From positions 1,632,001 through 1,696,000 of the forward strand of contig OZ253555.1 of NCBI GenBank assembly GCA_965262725.1: a DNA stretch of 64,000 nucleotides. The letters are read 5' to 3'. Source of the stretch: Dehalococcoidia bacterium. GTDB lineage: Bacteria > Chloroflexota > Dehalococcoidia > UBA2979. A model generated the notes under the pieces. It was not told the DNA's origin. It did not search any database and worked only from the letters and a program-made list of their open reading frames with translations. Positions within the stretch are counted from its first letter, which is position 1, and each line of letters starts with the position of its first letter. Shown here piece after piece: positions 19,440 to 27,063 of this stretch. Both the position numbers and the translations under genes were made by a program.

Positions 19440-19638
19440 AAGGCCACAGGCGCGCTCGGCGTCATCCACCTTACAAATCAGCGATTGGCTCGCATGTCCC
19501 CATCAGAGGTTCACGCGCCGAACAGTGCCGGTGGCAACACCACCCGAGCCGTCCGTTGCGGCAGGGCCAGTTGAGCCATGCCGGCACTGCTGGGCTTCCC
19601 GGGCTCAGAGGTTACCGAGCTCGTTGGAAGAAGGTAAG
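19440..19638 (-). ncRNA. Putative IS110 bridge/seek RNA in the left non-coding end
   Basis: Two stems with large internal loops upstream of the IS110 ORF: CAGTGCCGG (19523-31) with CCGGCACTG (19581-89), and GGCGCG (19449-54) with CGCGCC (19514-19). Confidence 0.55.
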
Positions 19639-19654
19639 GGGTTATAACCCAACG

Positions 19655-19699
19655 CTTCTAATCCGCGGGTCGCGGGTTCGAATCCTGCCGAGGGTACCA
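19655..19699 (+). other. 3' half of tRNA-Arg(TCT); probable att site of an integrated element
   Basis: CTTCTAA anticodon loop, T-arm GCGGGTTCGAATCCTGC, acceptor strand ending in CCA; no D-arm or 5' acceptor strand upstream. Confidence 0.8.
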
Positions 19700-19809
19700 A
19701 CCGCCAGATGCGCTTCTTGGGGCTATCAGGTGGCTTCCCGAGGGCACTTCAGTCCACGGAATGGGCCAAACCATGGTGGAAATTCTTCAGCGTCTCGCTG
19801 ATCCTACCG

Positions 19810-20343
19810 TCACCGGGCGCCGCTCACGACAGCGACAATCACGCCCGCGGTACACGCGAGGCCATAGAAGCACATGAGAACCAACGGAATCTGCTTCTCC
19901 AAGCGGGTGAAGGGCCGATAGAGTGATGGGTTCTCCCCTTTGCCAAGCGCAACCCACTCAGCCCCGAAGACGGCCGCTGGGAGGTGTTGCTCCAGCAAAC
20001 CAATGATAGAGAACTTCGCAGTGTTCAGTTGCCGGAACGACGTGACCATTCGCCACCATACGAAGCACGTGAAGACGCCCGTCATTCCTACAGCCACGCC
20101 CACCCCGCCACCGACGGGAGATAGTACGTCCCCTTCACGAAGCAGGATGCCGGTCGCGATCAACAGCGCCGAGTTGATCGACAGAAAGAATGTATTCGCT
20201 GTTTGACGACGGGCTACGACGCGCTCGGACGACTCGACTATCAGCCGGTACTGATCGAGCAGTAATTGTTGCGCCCTATCGCTGGAGGAAGGCGAACCAC
20301 CGGGGAACAATACATCGTCGAGAGCCGCCTCATCGTCGGTCAT
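19810..20343 (-). CDS. Small multi-pass membrane protein (RipA-like family), putative effector
   Basis: QY...VESSERV..RRQ.AN.FFLSINS, WW....SFRQLN.AKF.II..LE..LP, Y.PFT.LE..IP; about 3 hydrophobic helices; ATGA overlap with the upstream TIR gene. Confidence 0.75.
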   Translation of the reverse strand: MTDDEAALDDVLFPGGSPSSSDRAQQLLLDQYRLIVESSERVVARRQTANTFFLSINSALLIATGILLREGDVLSPVGGGVGVAVGMTGVFTCFVWWRMVTSFRQLNTAKFSIIGLLEQHLPAAVFGAEWVALGKGENPSLYRPFTRLEKQIPLVLMCFYGLACTAGVIVAVVSGAR

Positions 20344-20726
20344 ACCGTCACACCAGAGAGCTTTCTCATGATCGCGTCGATCTGCCACGGGATCGGCGCA
20401 ACTCCGAGTTCCTCGAGAGCGGCGGGGAATCGCTGTATGTCATCCCTCAGCCACACCGCGATCACGTCATTCCCGAGTTCCGCGCTCTTGCGGACTTCCC
20501 AGTTCACGGCATCACTGCGGTAGGTGTTCTTTCCGACGAGGCAGATGGTCGCAGAGCACATCCGCAGCAATCTCTCAACGTTCGCCCTCCAAGCGTTTTC
20601 AAATGACTCTTTCACCGCGTAGTCGCGGCATTCGAGGTCGAAGGGGCTGCTCACCACTTGCTCTCGAAAGGTGTTCGAGAGTGGCTGATCCTCCATCGCG
20701 AAGCTGAGGAATACGTTTAGCGTCAT
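20340..20726 (-). CDS. TIR-like (ThsB/DUF1863-type) protein 3
   Basis: NVFLSF...D, TICLVG..TY.S.AVNWEV (catalytic Glu kept). Confidence 0.85.
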   Translation of the reverse strand: MTLNVFLSFAMEDQPLSNTFREQVVSSPFDLECRDYAVKESFENAWRANVERLLRMCSATICLVGKNTYRSDAVNWEVRKSAELGNDVIAVWLRDDIQRFPAALEELGVAPIPWQIDAIMRKLSGVTV

Positions 20727-20811
20727 GGGATACTCCTCTCCGCACGTCCGGCGCCCGAGGCAGCACGATCACACCGGATCTACGTCGCGAGACGCGTCGT
20801 AGCGATAGACC

Positions 20812-21201
20812 CTATCGGGATCCTGCGATCAGCCTCTTGAGGTTCTCCCATGTCCACTTGTACATTATATCAGCCGTTGCGGCAGATCGCGGCTTCTGAC
20901 ACGTCTTCTTGCTACGTCCGTGCAGGAGGAAGACATCATTGCCTTCGTCTAGTGTAATGTCGAATTCAACCGAGACACCCGTTGCGGAGTTCGTATGCTC
21001 GCCACAAATGATTATAGTAACATCCGTTCTCCGGATGCGACTACGAACTTTGTCCTTCCAGTTTCCAACGAACGGCTCCCTCAGCGACCAGTCTTGAATA
21101 CTGAACGGTGAGTCAGGGTTCTTCGCCTGGCCGACGAGCAAGTTGCGAAGGTCTTCGTCATGTTCGAAGTCAAAGCTGATGAATGCGCGCTTGGCAGCCA
21201 A
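20812..21201 (-). CDS. TIR-like (ThsB/DUF1863-type) protein 2
   Basis: KRAFISFDFEHD, DWSLREP, IIICGEHT.SATGVSVE, YKWTWENL; TTG start with GAGAGGGGG RBS. Confidence 0.85.
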   Translation of the reverse strand: MAAKRAFISFDFEHDEDLRNLLVGQAKNPDSPFSIQDWSLREPFVGNWKDKVRSRIRRTDVTIIICGEHTNSATGVSVEFDITLDEGNDVFLLHGRSKKTCQKPRSAATADIMYKWTWENLKRLIAGSR

Positions 21202-21498
21202 TGGGGTGATCCCCCTCTCGTCACCTGAGACTCGGAAGACGGAAACACTCTCGGATCCAGCCGAGCCTAGGCAACAGCGTATCACGCCGGAACGCGGCGG
21301 GCGTCTCCATTGTGGATCGGCGGCCAGGGTCGCCGGCCCCACCCGGATATCGTGGCTCCAAAGGGGTACGCACAGCGCAAAGTCGGTCGCTCGCCGCCGT
21401 TGACGGCGACCACGGGGGATCTCAGTTCGTGGTCGGCAGGACCCCACAGCAAGAACTCCTTGCGCTGCCGCCGTGCATTCCCTTCAGCTTGGTGCTCC

Positions 21499-21909
21499 TC
21501 ATCCAACGGCGCGAATCGCAGAGACAATGCTGTCTGTGTTCCACGCGACAATTGCATCGGCTGCATTTCGCACCGTGGCCGAGATCTTCGTGTTACCTCG
21601 AGGCTTCACCGCAATGACGGGTTTCGGTCTACTGAAGCCTGTCTTTGCCAACTTCACCTCGGTTGTTATCCATTTGCTGTATGTAGAGTAGACTCCGCCC
21701 ATCACAAGGATCACGTGACACGGCTGCATATGATTGGAAATCGCTTGCCGCAGTGCACGGTCGGTCGGTGCGTTGTGAATCGGGTCGTCGGGGGGTACGG
21801 AATAATTCCTGAATACGAAGTACGGTCGTTCCTCCAACAGACCAACAAGGCGCTCGTAGTGGTCTGAGTATCTCCACGAATGACTGATAAACAAGTTGTA
21901 CTGTCTCAA
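21499..21909 (-). CDS. TIR-like (ThsB/DUF1863-type) protein 1
   Basis: YNLFISHSW.Y, NYSVP..DPIH, GVYSTYSKWITTE, WNTDSIVSAIR; AGGAGG RBS before TTG at 21909. Confidence 0.9.
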   Translation of the reverse strand: MRQYNLFISHSWRYSDHYERLVGLLEERPYFVFRNYSVPPDDPIHNAPTDRALRQAISNHMQPCHVILVMGGVYSTYSKWITTEVKLAKTGFSRPKPVIAVKPRGNTKISATVRNAADAIVAWNTDSIVSAIRAVG

Positions 21910-21963
21910 GTGCACCTCCTTCAATGTCGCCGCGTTGGCCGCGAGGCGCTGATGCTAGCAGCC

Positions 21964-23403
21964 TCACTGCGCGGAAGCGCCAAGGGCCGCTCTGCACGCA
22001 GAATTGGCGATGGCGATGGCGAGGTCCTTTCTGGTGTCGGCGTACTTGAGCTGGCGGAGCGCTTCTCGGTAAGCGACGCAGAGTAACTCCAAATCGCTCG
22101 CGGCAGCGCCAGAAGCCCAGCTTCGACAGGCGCGAACGAACTCTGGCACCGGGCTCGCCGCGGCCCACCTCTCTACGTCAAACCAGTGCTCTGCTGTTTC
22201 GGCGGTGGCCCAATCCCCGATCGCCCCTCGGCCTTGGGGATGAAAGAGCAGACTTAGTTCCAGCACGATCGGATCCAGGCAGGCGGGTGCGGCGCCCAGA
22301 TTCCCGAAATCGATCATGAGCGGCTCACCTAGCGAGTCAACCAGGATATTCGCTCCATGGAGATCCCCATGCTGATAGCATGTCGAGACCGTCGCCCCGG
22401 ACCCTTCGAAGGCCCCGTCGTCACGGTCGCCGAGCTCAACCTGATAGTCGACGAGAACCGAATCTGGGACAACCTCACGACGAAAGTCGCGGATTCGCAC
22501 ACTGCTGTTCTCCTTCGTATTGAGCCATGGCTCGACCTTTTGGTGGAGCTTCGCAACGGCGGCCCCTGCCGCCGCATCGTCATCCGCTATGAGGTTGAAG
22601 AGAGAGCGGTCGAAACCCGTTACCAGTTGGTAGAAGACCGCCCCTCTGGACCCGAGGCCGGCGGTGATCTCGTCAGCATGGCTCGCAAACGTAGTTGGAC
22701 CGAGGAGCGTAGGGAGGCATCGGTTGTACTGCTCGATCTCGCGGAGAATTGCACTCCTACTATCGAACTTCGCGAAGACTAGCGCCCGCACGCCCGTCCG
22801 ACTCTTCACGGTTGCTCTATAGGTCTGGGCTCCGGACAGACCTCCGCCAAGGGGCTGGATGTGGATCACTGATCCATCGTTCCGCCGTGCGAAGACTTGC
22901 AGGCCGAGTTCTACGTGGGCTGGAATTAGCATCTTCGCTTCTCGATCTACGACAATGCGACTCAGCTCGTCCCGATTCGCTACGAATTCTCTTGTCCACG
23001 CTATCGCTTCCGGAAGTTCTTCTTTCGAAAACTGCACAACCATAGGGAAGTTCTCGCGCGTTCCGAAGATGTCCTTGTTCTCTCCCAAGCTCAGCGACTC
23101 ACGGATATTCTTCGCGGTGGCGTACCCCGTAAGAAACATGCAGGGCACGCCAGGACGGATCTCTCGAGCTCGCGCTTGAACGAACAAGCCCTGGGTCTCG
23201 TCGATGGCGAGCCCGCCGTCTGAAGGAGGAATACGAAGGTCACAGATGATGAGGTCGAACTCCTCGCCCTCGTCCTCTATGAGTGCGACCGCGGACGCAC
23301 TACTCCGAGCCGGGACAACACGGAAACTACTGTCGAGTGACACAAGTTCGGCCGACACTTCTTCGAGCCAGTGTTCCTCATCCTCGACGAAGAGAACTCG
23401 CAT
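21964..23403 (-). CDS. Response-regulator receiver fused to an APH/protein-kinase-like domain
   Basis: REC: LFVEDE, ICDLRIP, LTGY. Kinase: LGGGLSGA, FAK, HGDLHGANIL, IDFG. TAATG coupling to the HK gene. Confidence 0.85.
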   Translation of the reverse strand: MRVLFVEDEEHWLEEVSAELVSLDSSFRVVPARSSASAVALIEDEGEEFDLIICDLRIPPSDGGLAIDETQGLFVQARAREIRPGVPCMFLTGYATAKNIRESLSLGENKDIFGTRENFPMVVQFSKEELPEAIAWTREFVANRDELSRIVVDREAKMLIPAHVELGLQVFARRNDGSVIHIQPLGGGLSGAQTYRATVKSRTGVRALVFAKFDSRSAILREIEQYNRCLPTLLGPTTFASHADEITAGLGSRGAVFYQLVTGFDRSLFNLIADDDAAAGAAVAKLHQKVEPWLNTKENSSVRIRDFRREVVPDSVLVDYQVELGDRDDGAFEGSGATVSTCYQHGDLHGANILVDSLGEPLMIDFGNLGAAPACLDPIVLELSLLFHPQGRGAIGDWATAETAEHWFDVERWAAASPVPEFVRACRSWASGAAASDLELLCVAYREALRQLKYADTRKDLAIAIANSACRAALGASAQ

Positions 23404-24410
23404 TAGCGTAACTCGGTGGGCTGTGGCCATCTAATCTCGCACGCGACTCCGCGCTGCTCGCGTGGCCGGAGTTCGACGGTGCCACCGAGGGTGGCCATCG
23501 CGCGCCGAGCAAGGGGGAGACCGATGCCGAAGTGCTCGCTCTTTGGCTTGCCCGTCGCCCACATCTCGAACACTTGGTCGGCCCCAGCCGGCAACCCGAT
23601 CCCTTCGTCTAGCACGACGATCCAATAGTCCCGGTCTGTGATCCCGTAGTTGATCACGACTGCAGGGGATGGCAGCACGGTGTCGCCCGACATCGGGACG
23701 GCTAGTCCAACACCCCGTCTCCTCGCGTTGACGGATCCGGTTTCAGATCCAGTACTGGTGCCCTCCGCAGGGGCTCGCCTGTCAGCGCTTGCACGGTCCT
23801 CCATAGCCTCCACAGCGTTTCTCACAGCCTGAGCCAGCGCCAGCTGTACTAGACTCTCGTCGCCTACCACATGGGCTGGATCTATGCCGACGGCCATGAC
23901 CATAGACCGGTCCTCCTCTTCAAGCTCGGACTCGACCGTCTTTGCAACCAGATCAGAGAGATTGAACTCCGTCCAGGTCGGAGCGCTAGCGGACTCGCCC
24001 AGAAGCTCGGCAGCGCGTAGGAACGAGACGATCCTCTCGATTGAACGACTCGTGTTACTGCTCTCGAAGTCAGCGAGTTCTCGCCTGGCACGAAGGCGCA
24101 ACAAGCCGACTAGAGGCTTAAGTTCGTGTAGCAGCATGGTGGTCGCTTCGGCGGTGGCTTGAGCGCGGACCTCGCGGGATATCTCGCTCAGTTCTTCTGT
24201 CTCGAACCTGGGTGTAAGGGCAACGCCATCGAGGCGATCACGCGCGCGACCGAGTGCTGATCGAACCCACGAGTCCGTTTCGCGGGCGAGAGCTGCGTCG
24301 ATGTCTGCGCCGTGGGTTGACGTTGCAGCAGTGCGAAGAGCCCGAGCTCCCCGGAGGCGCTCGGATGCGTCGGCCGACTTCAGCAGGCTGAAGGCTTCCG
24401 CTGCGTCCAC
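23403..24410 (-). CDS. Soluble histidine kinase with HEAT-like N-terminus
   Basis: H-box LLHELKP, N-box VRNAVEA, G1 DEGIG, G2 HFGIGL; no transmembrane segment. Confidence 0.85.
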   Translation of the reverse strand: MDAAEAFSLLKSADASERLRGARALRTAATSTHGADIDAALARETDSWVRSALGRARDRLDGVALTPRFETEELSEISREVRAQATAEATTMLLHELKPLVGLLRLRARRELADFESSNTSRSIERIVSFLRAAELLGESASAPTWTEFNLSDLVAKTVESELEEEDRSMVMAVGIDPAHVVGDESLVQLALAQAVRNAVEAMEDRASADRRAPAEGTSTGSETGSVNARRRGVGLAVPMSGDTVLPSPAVVINYGITDRDYWIVVLDEGIGLPAGADQVFEMWATGKPKSEHFGIGLPLARRAMATLGGTVELRPREQRGVACEIRWPQPTELR

Positions 24411-26254
24411 TAGATGCCTGGAAAGACCCGGCCGTAGAACTCGGCCCGGCGCTGGAATGCCTTGAGACCGCCCTCCATCACACTCGTCACTGCGCGAACA
24501 CTCTCCTCATCGTTGAGTTTACCCTCGTGGAGCACGAAGGCACGGCGGCCGTCAGACCCCATGAGCACTATCCTGTCGGCCTCCCCGAGGACGGGGATGT
24601 TCGCATTGTGCGAAGCGAAGATCATCTGGTCGTTGGGTCGTCGGCTGCGCAACGTCCCGACAAGGGTGTTAGTCACGAATGAATTGTCGAGGTGGTCCTC
24701 CGGCTGATCGACAATCAAGGTTGGTAGAGCAGCCTGTAGCAGGACCGAAAGCACAACCGTGCATCTCTGACCAATCGAGAGTGCCCCCGTGGGTTTGTAC
24801 TCGGTACCGTCGAGAAGCTCAAGAGTAACGCCATCGCCGACCGGAGCAGAAATGATTGCCGCAGTGTCGCTGCTCCTCAGGTGAGCGATCATAGCGGCGG
24901 CGCGTTCTTGCGAAATCTCGGCAACATCAGCCAGCGCAAATGCATCGTCTGCTTCGACCGTCGTCACGAGCTCTAAGGGCGACATACGTGATGCGACTCG
25001 TGGCGCCAATGTGTTGTAGTGCAGGCCACTGCCGACGAGGTTGGCGATTATCGCATTCACATAGGCGCTGACATCCGCAGCCCGTGTTACGGTCGCGCGG
25101 ATGCTTGGACCAAGCTCCTGGTTGAGCTGCTGGGCAACCAATTGCCTGCTTTCGAATTGAAGATCAAGTGTCCGATCGAGGTGTAGGTATGTTTCGCCGC
25201 GACGGTGACTAAGAACTCCCACTTGTTTAGTCTTCTCGGCATGCGTGTTCTGGATGGCCGCGAGTTGCCCGTGTTTCTCCCTGAGTGTGCCGACTTCCCT
25301 CGCGATCGCGCCCAGCCCCTCATCGAGCTCTTCGAGTCGTTGCCTAAGCGCCCGGCTGTGCTCCTCAATTTGGGAACTCTCTATCCGCTTCTGGTCTAGG
25401 ATCGTGTCCACTTCAGAACTCCCGGAAGAAAGCTCAACGAGCGCGTGGCGTAATGCCGAGACCACCTCGCCCAAGTGCTTGCGGATGTTGGAGAGGGCGG
25501 ATTCATCTCCAGCACCAGGTGGCCACTGAACAGTTGGGGCCCGAGCAAGGACACCATCAACCATGGCCGTGTAATTCGCGAGTGCTGTAGCGTTTGCGTG
25601 AAGCGCTGCGATCTGCAACGACAGGCGCTCACCGACCTGTTGAAGGTCGCTCAGCTCCTTACGCTCAGTAGTAGTCGCCGCCGCTCTTTGGAGCGCGTCA
25701 TCCTGTCGGCGAGCAGCCTCGAGTAGGGCAGAGGGTGTTTCGGCTAGTGCGGCAGCCTGTTCATTCAGCCTGGACGCCTCGGCGATGAGCAGACGAAGCT
25801 CGGACGTCTCGGCCCTGAGTCGCGAAATCAGCCCCAAAGCGTGACTGCGGCGGTCGCCGGCATCCGGTCGAAAGCGGTCGAGCAGGGCGATCCGTCCCTG
25901 CGCCTGAGCTCCAACTGCCTCGACTTCGTTCTGAGCAAGCACGAGCGGCGGAGCCCCTGTGGACTCGGTGCGAGGGGACTCGTCCTTCGCAGAGCGCGAG
26001 ACCCTTATCTGTCCTGCAGCGGTCTCGAGAGTCACGGTGACCAAGCCGTCTTGCAGAACCGCCTGAGCATGGCTCCGACCTCGCTCCGCAGCTTCGCTAG
26101 TCAGCGCGCCGGCATCGAGGCAGAACCGAACGAGCTCAATGAGCGATGTCTTGCCGGTACCGCGCCCGCCAATAAGGACGGTCATCCCTGGAGCGATCGG
26201 AAGATCAAGCCCGTCGAGGAAGCCTCCATCGACCTGCAAGTGTGTGATCGCCAA
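24410..26254 (-). CDS. SMC/ABC-type coiled-coil ATPase (TrlF-like, no PHP domain)
   Basis: GGRGTGKTS, long coiled coil, LSIGQR signature, IVDQPEDHLDN, SHNANIPVLGEAD, MEGG..AF; probable TTG start at 26254 with AGGAG RBS. Confidence 0.85.
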   Translation of the reverse strand: MAITHLQVDGGFLDGLDLPIAPGMTVLIGGRGTGKTSLIELVRFCLDAGALTSEAAERGRSHAQAVLQDGLVTVTLETAAGQIRVSRSAKDESPRTESTGAPPLVLAQNEVEAVGAQAQGRIALLDRFRPDAGDRRSHALGLISRLRAETSELRLLIAEASRLNEQAAALAETPSALLEAARRQDDALQRAAATTTERKELSDLQQVGERLSLQIAALHANATALANYTAMVDGVLARAPTVQWPPGAGDESALSNIRKHLGEVVSALRHALVELSSGSSEVDTILDQKRIESSQIEEHSRALRQRLEELDEGLGAIAREVGTLREKHGQLAAIQNTHAEKTKQVGVLSHRRGETYLHLDRTLDLQFESRQLVAQQLNQELGPSIRATVTRAADVSAYVNAIIANLVGSGLHYNTLAPRVASRMSPLELVTTVEADDAFALADVAEISQERAAAMIAHLRSSDTAAIISAPVGDGVTLELLDGTEYKPTGALSIGQRCTVVLSVLLQAALPTLIVDQPEDHLDNSFVTNTLVGTLRSRRPNDQMIFASHNANIPVLGEADRIVLMGSDGRRAFVLHEGKLNDEESVRAVTSVMEGGLKAFQRRAEFYGRVFPGI

Positions 26255-26505
26255 CGGCTGCTCCTGTCGTCTTAGTGAGTATAGGCGTTCCAACGTGCCA
26301 CATTCACGGGATGCCGGGGGCCAATCCGGGTGTGTTCCGCGGCCCGTGGGGAGTGGCAATGGGATCGGTAGCCAGTGCGAGGATTGAAACACGATGACTC
26401 AGGAGCTCGACTTCACGCACTCGCTGGGAGCGCCCGGCCTACGGGCCGGGCGCGGATTGAAACGACCCGCGCGTGCTGGTTACATGTGGCATCGCCGCCA
26501 CAACT

Positions 26506-27063
26506 TCAGCTCAGCAGCGCCACGACCGCGCCGAGCGCGATGAACGGCCCGTAAGGCACGCGGGCACCCCAGCCAGCTCGCCGGGTGACCAGCAGCACCG
26601 CGGCCGTCACGCCTCCCGCGATCGCGGTCAGGAGGCCGGCCGATAGCACCCCTGGATAGCCAACGACCACTCCCATCAGCGCGGCCATCTTCACGTCGCC
26701 GCCACCGAGTCCACCTCCGCTCAGTCCGCGGATGGCGATCGCGACGGTGAGCGCGCCGAACCCGCCCGTGAGCGCCTCGGCCACCCCGCGGTCGGGCCAG
26801 GCGCCGGAGACGGCGAGCGCCAGGACCAGCGCCGGGTAGACGATCCGGTTCGGGATGACGCGGCGGCGGAGGTCCGACCAGGCCAGCGCCATGAAGATCG
26901 CACTGAAGCCCGAGCCCAGGGCGATCTCCACAGGCTCCCGCCCGCGCATCCCGAGGATCGCCCCGACCAGGAGGGCCGCTCCCGCGAGCACCGGGTACGC
27001 GGCCCACGGCTCCCGGGCCCTCACCAGCCACGCGGGGCGCCCGCCCGCGACGTGCCCCGTCAC
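26506..27063 (-). CDS. Prepilin peptidase (A24, TadV/CpaA-like)
   Basis: SDLRRRVIPN, GLGGGDVK, VPYGPF; GTGA overlap with the upstream gene. Confidence 0.9.
   Translation of the reverse strand: MTGHVAGGRPAWLVRAREPWAAYPVLAGAALLVGAILGMRGREPVEIALGSGFSAIFMALAWSDLRRRVIPNRIVYPALVLALAVSGAWPDRGVAEALTGGFGALTVAIAIRGLSGGGLGGGDVKMAALMGVVVGYPGVLSAGLLTAIAGGVTAAVLLVTRRAGWGARVPYGPFIALGAVVALLS

Noticed and set aside
19620-19699. Intact tRNA-Arg gene
   Set aside because: The 5' acceptor strand and D-arm are missing; only the 3' half is present
19810-21909. Canonical Thoeris (thsA-thsB) call
   Set aside because: No SIR2, SLOG or Macro ThsA effector is present
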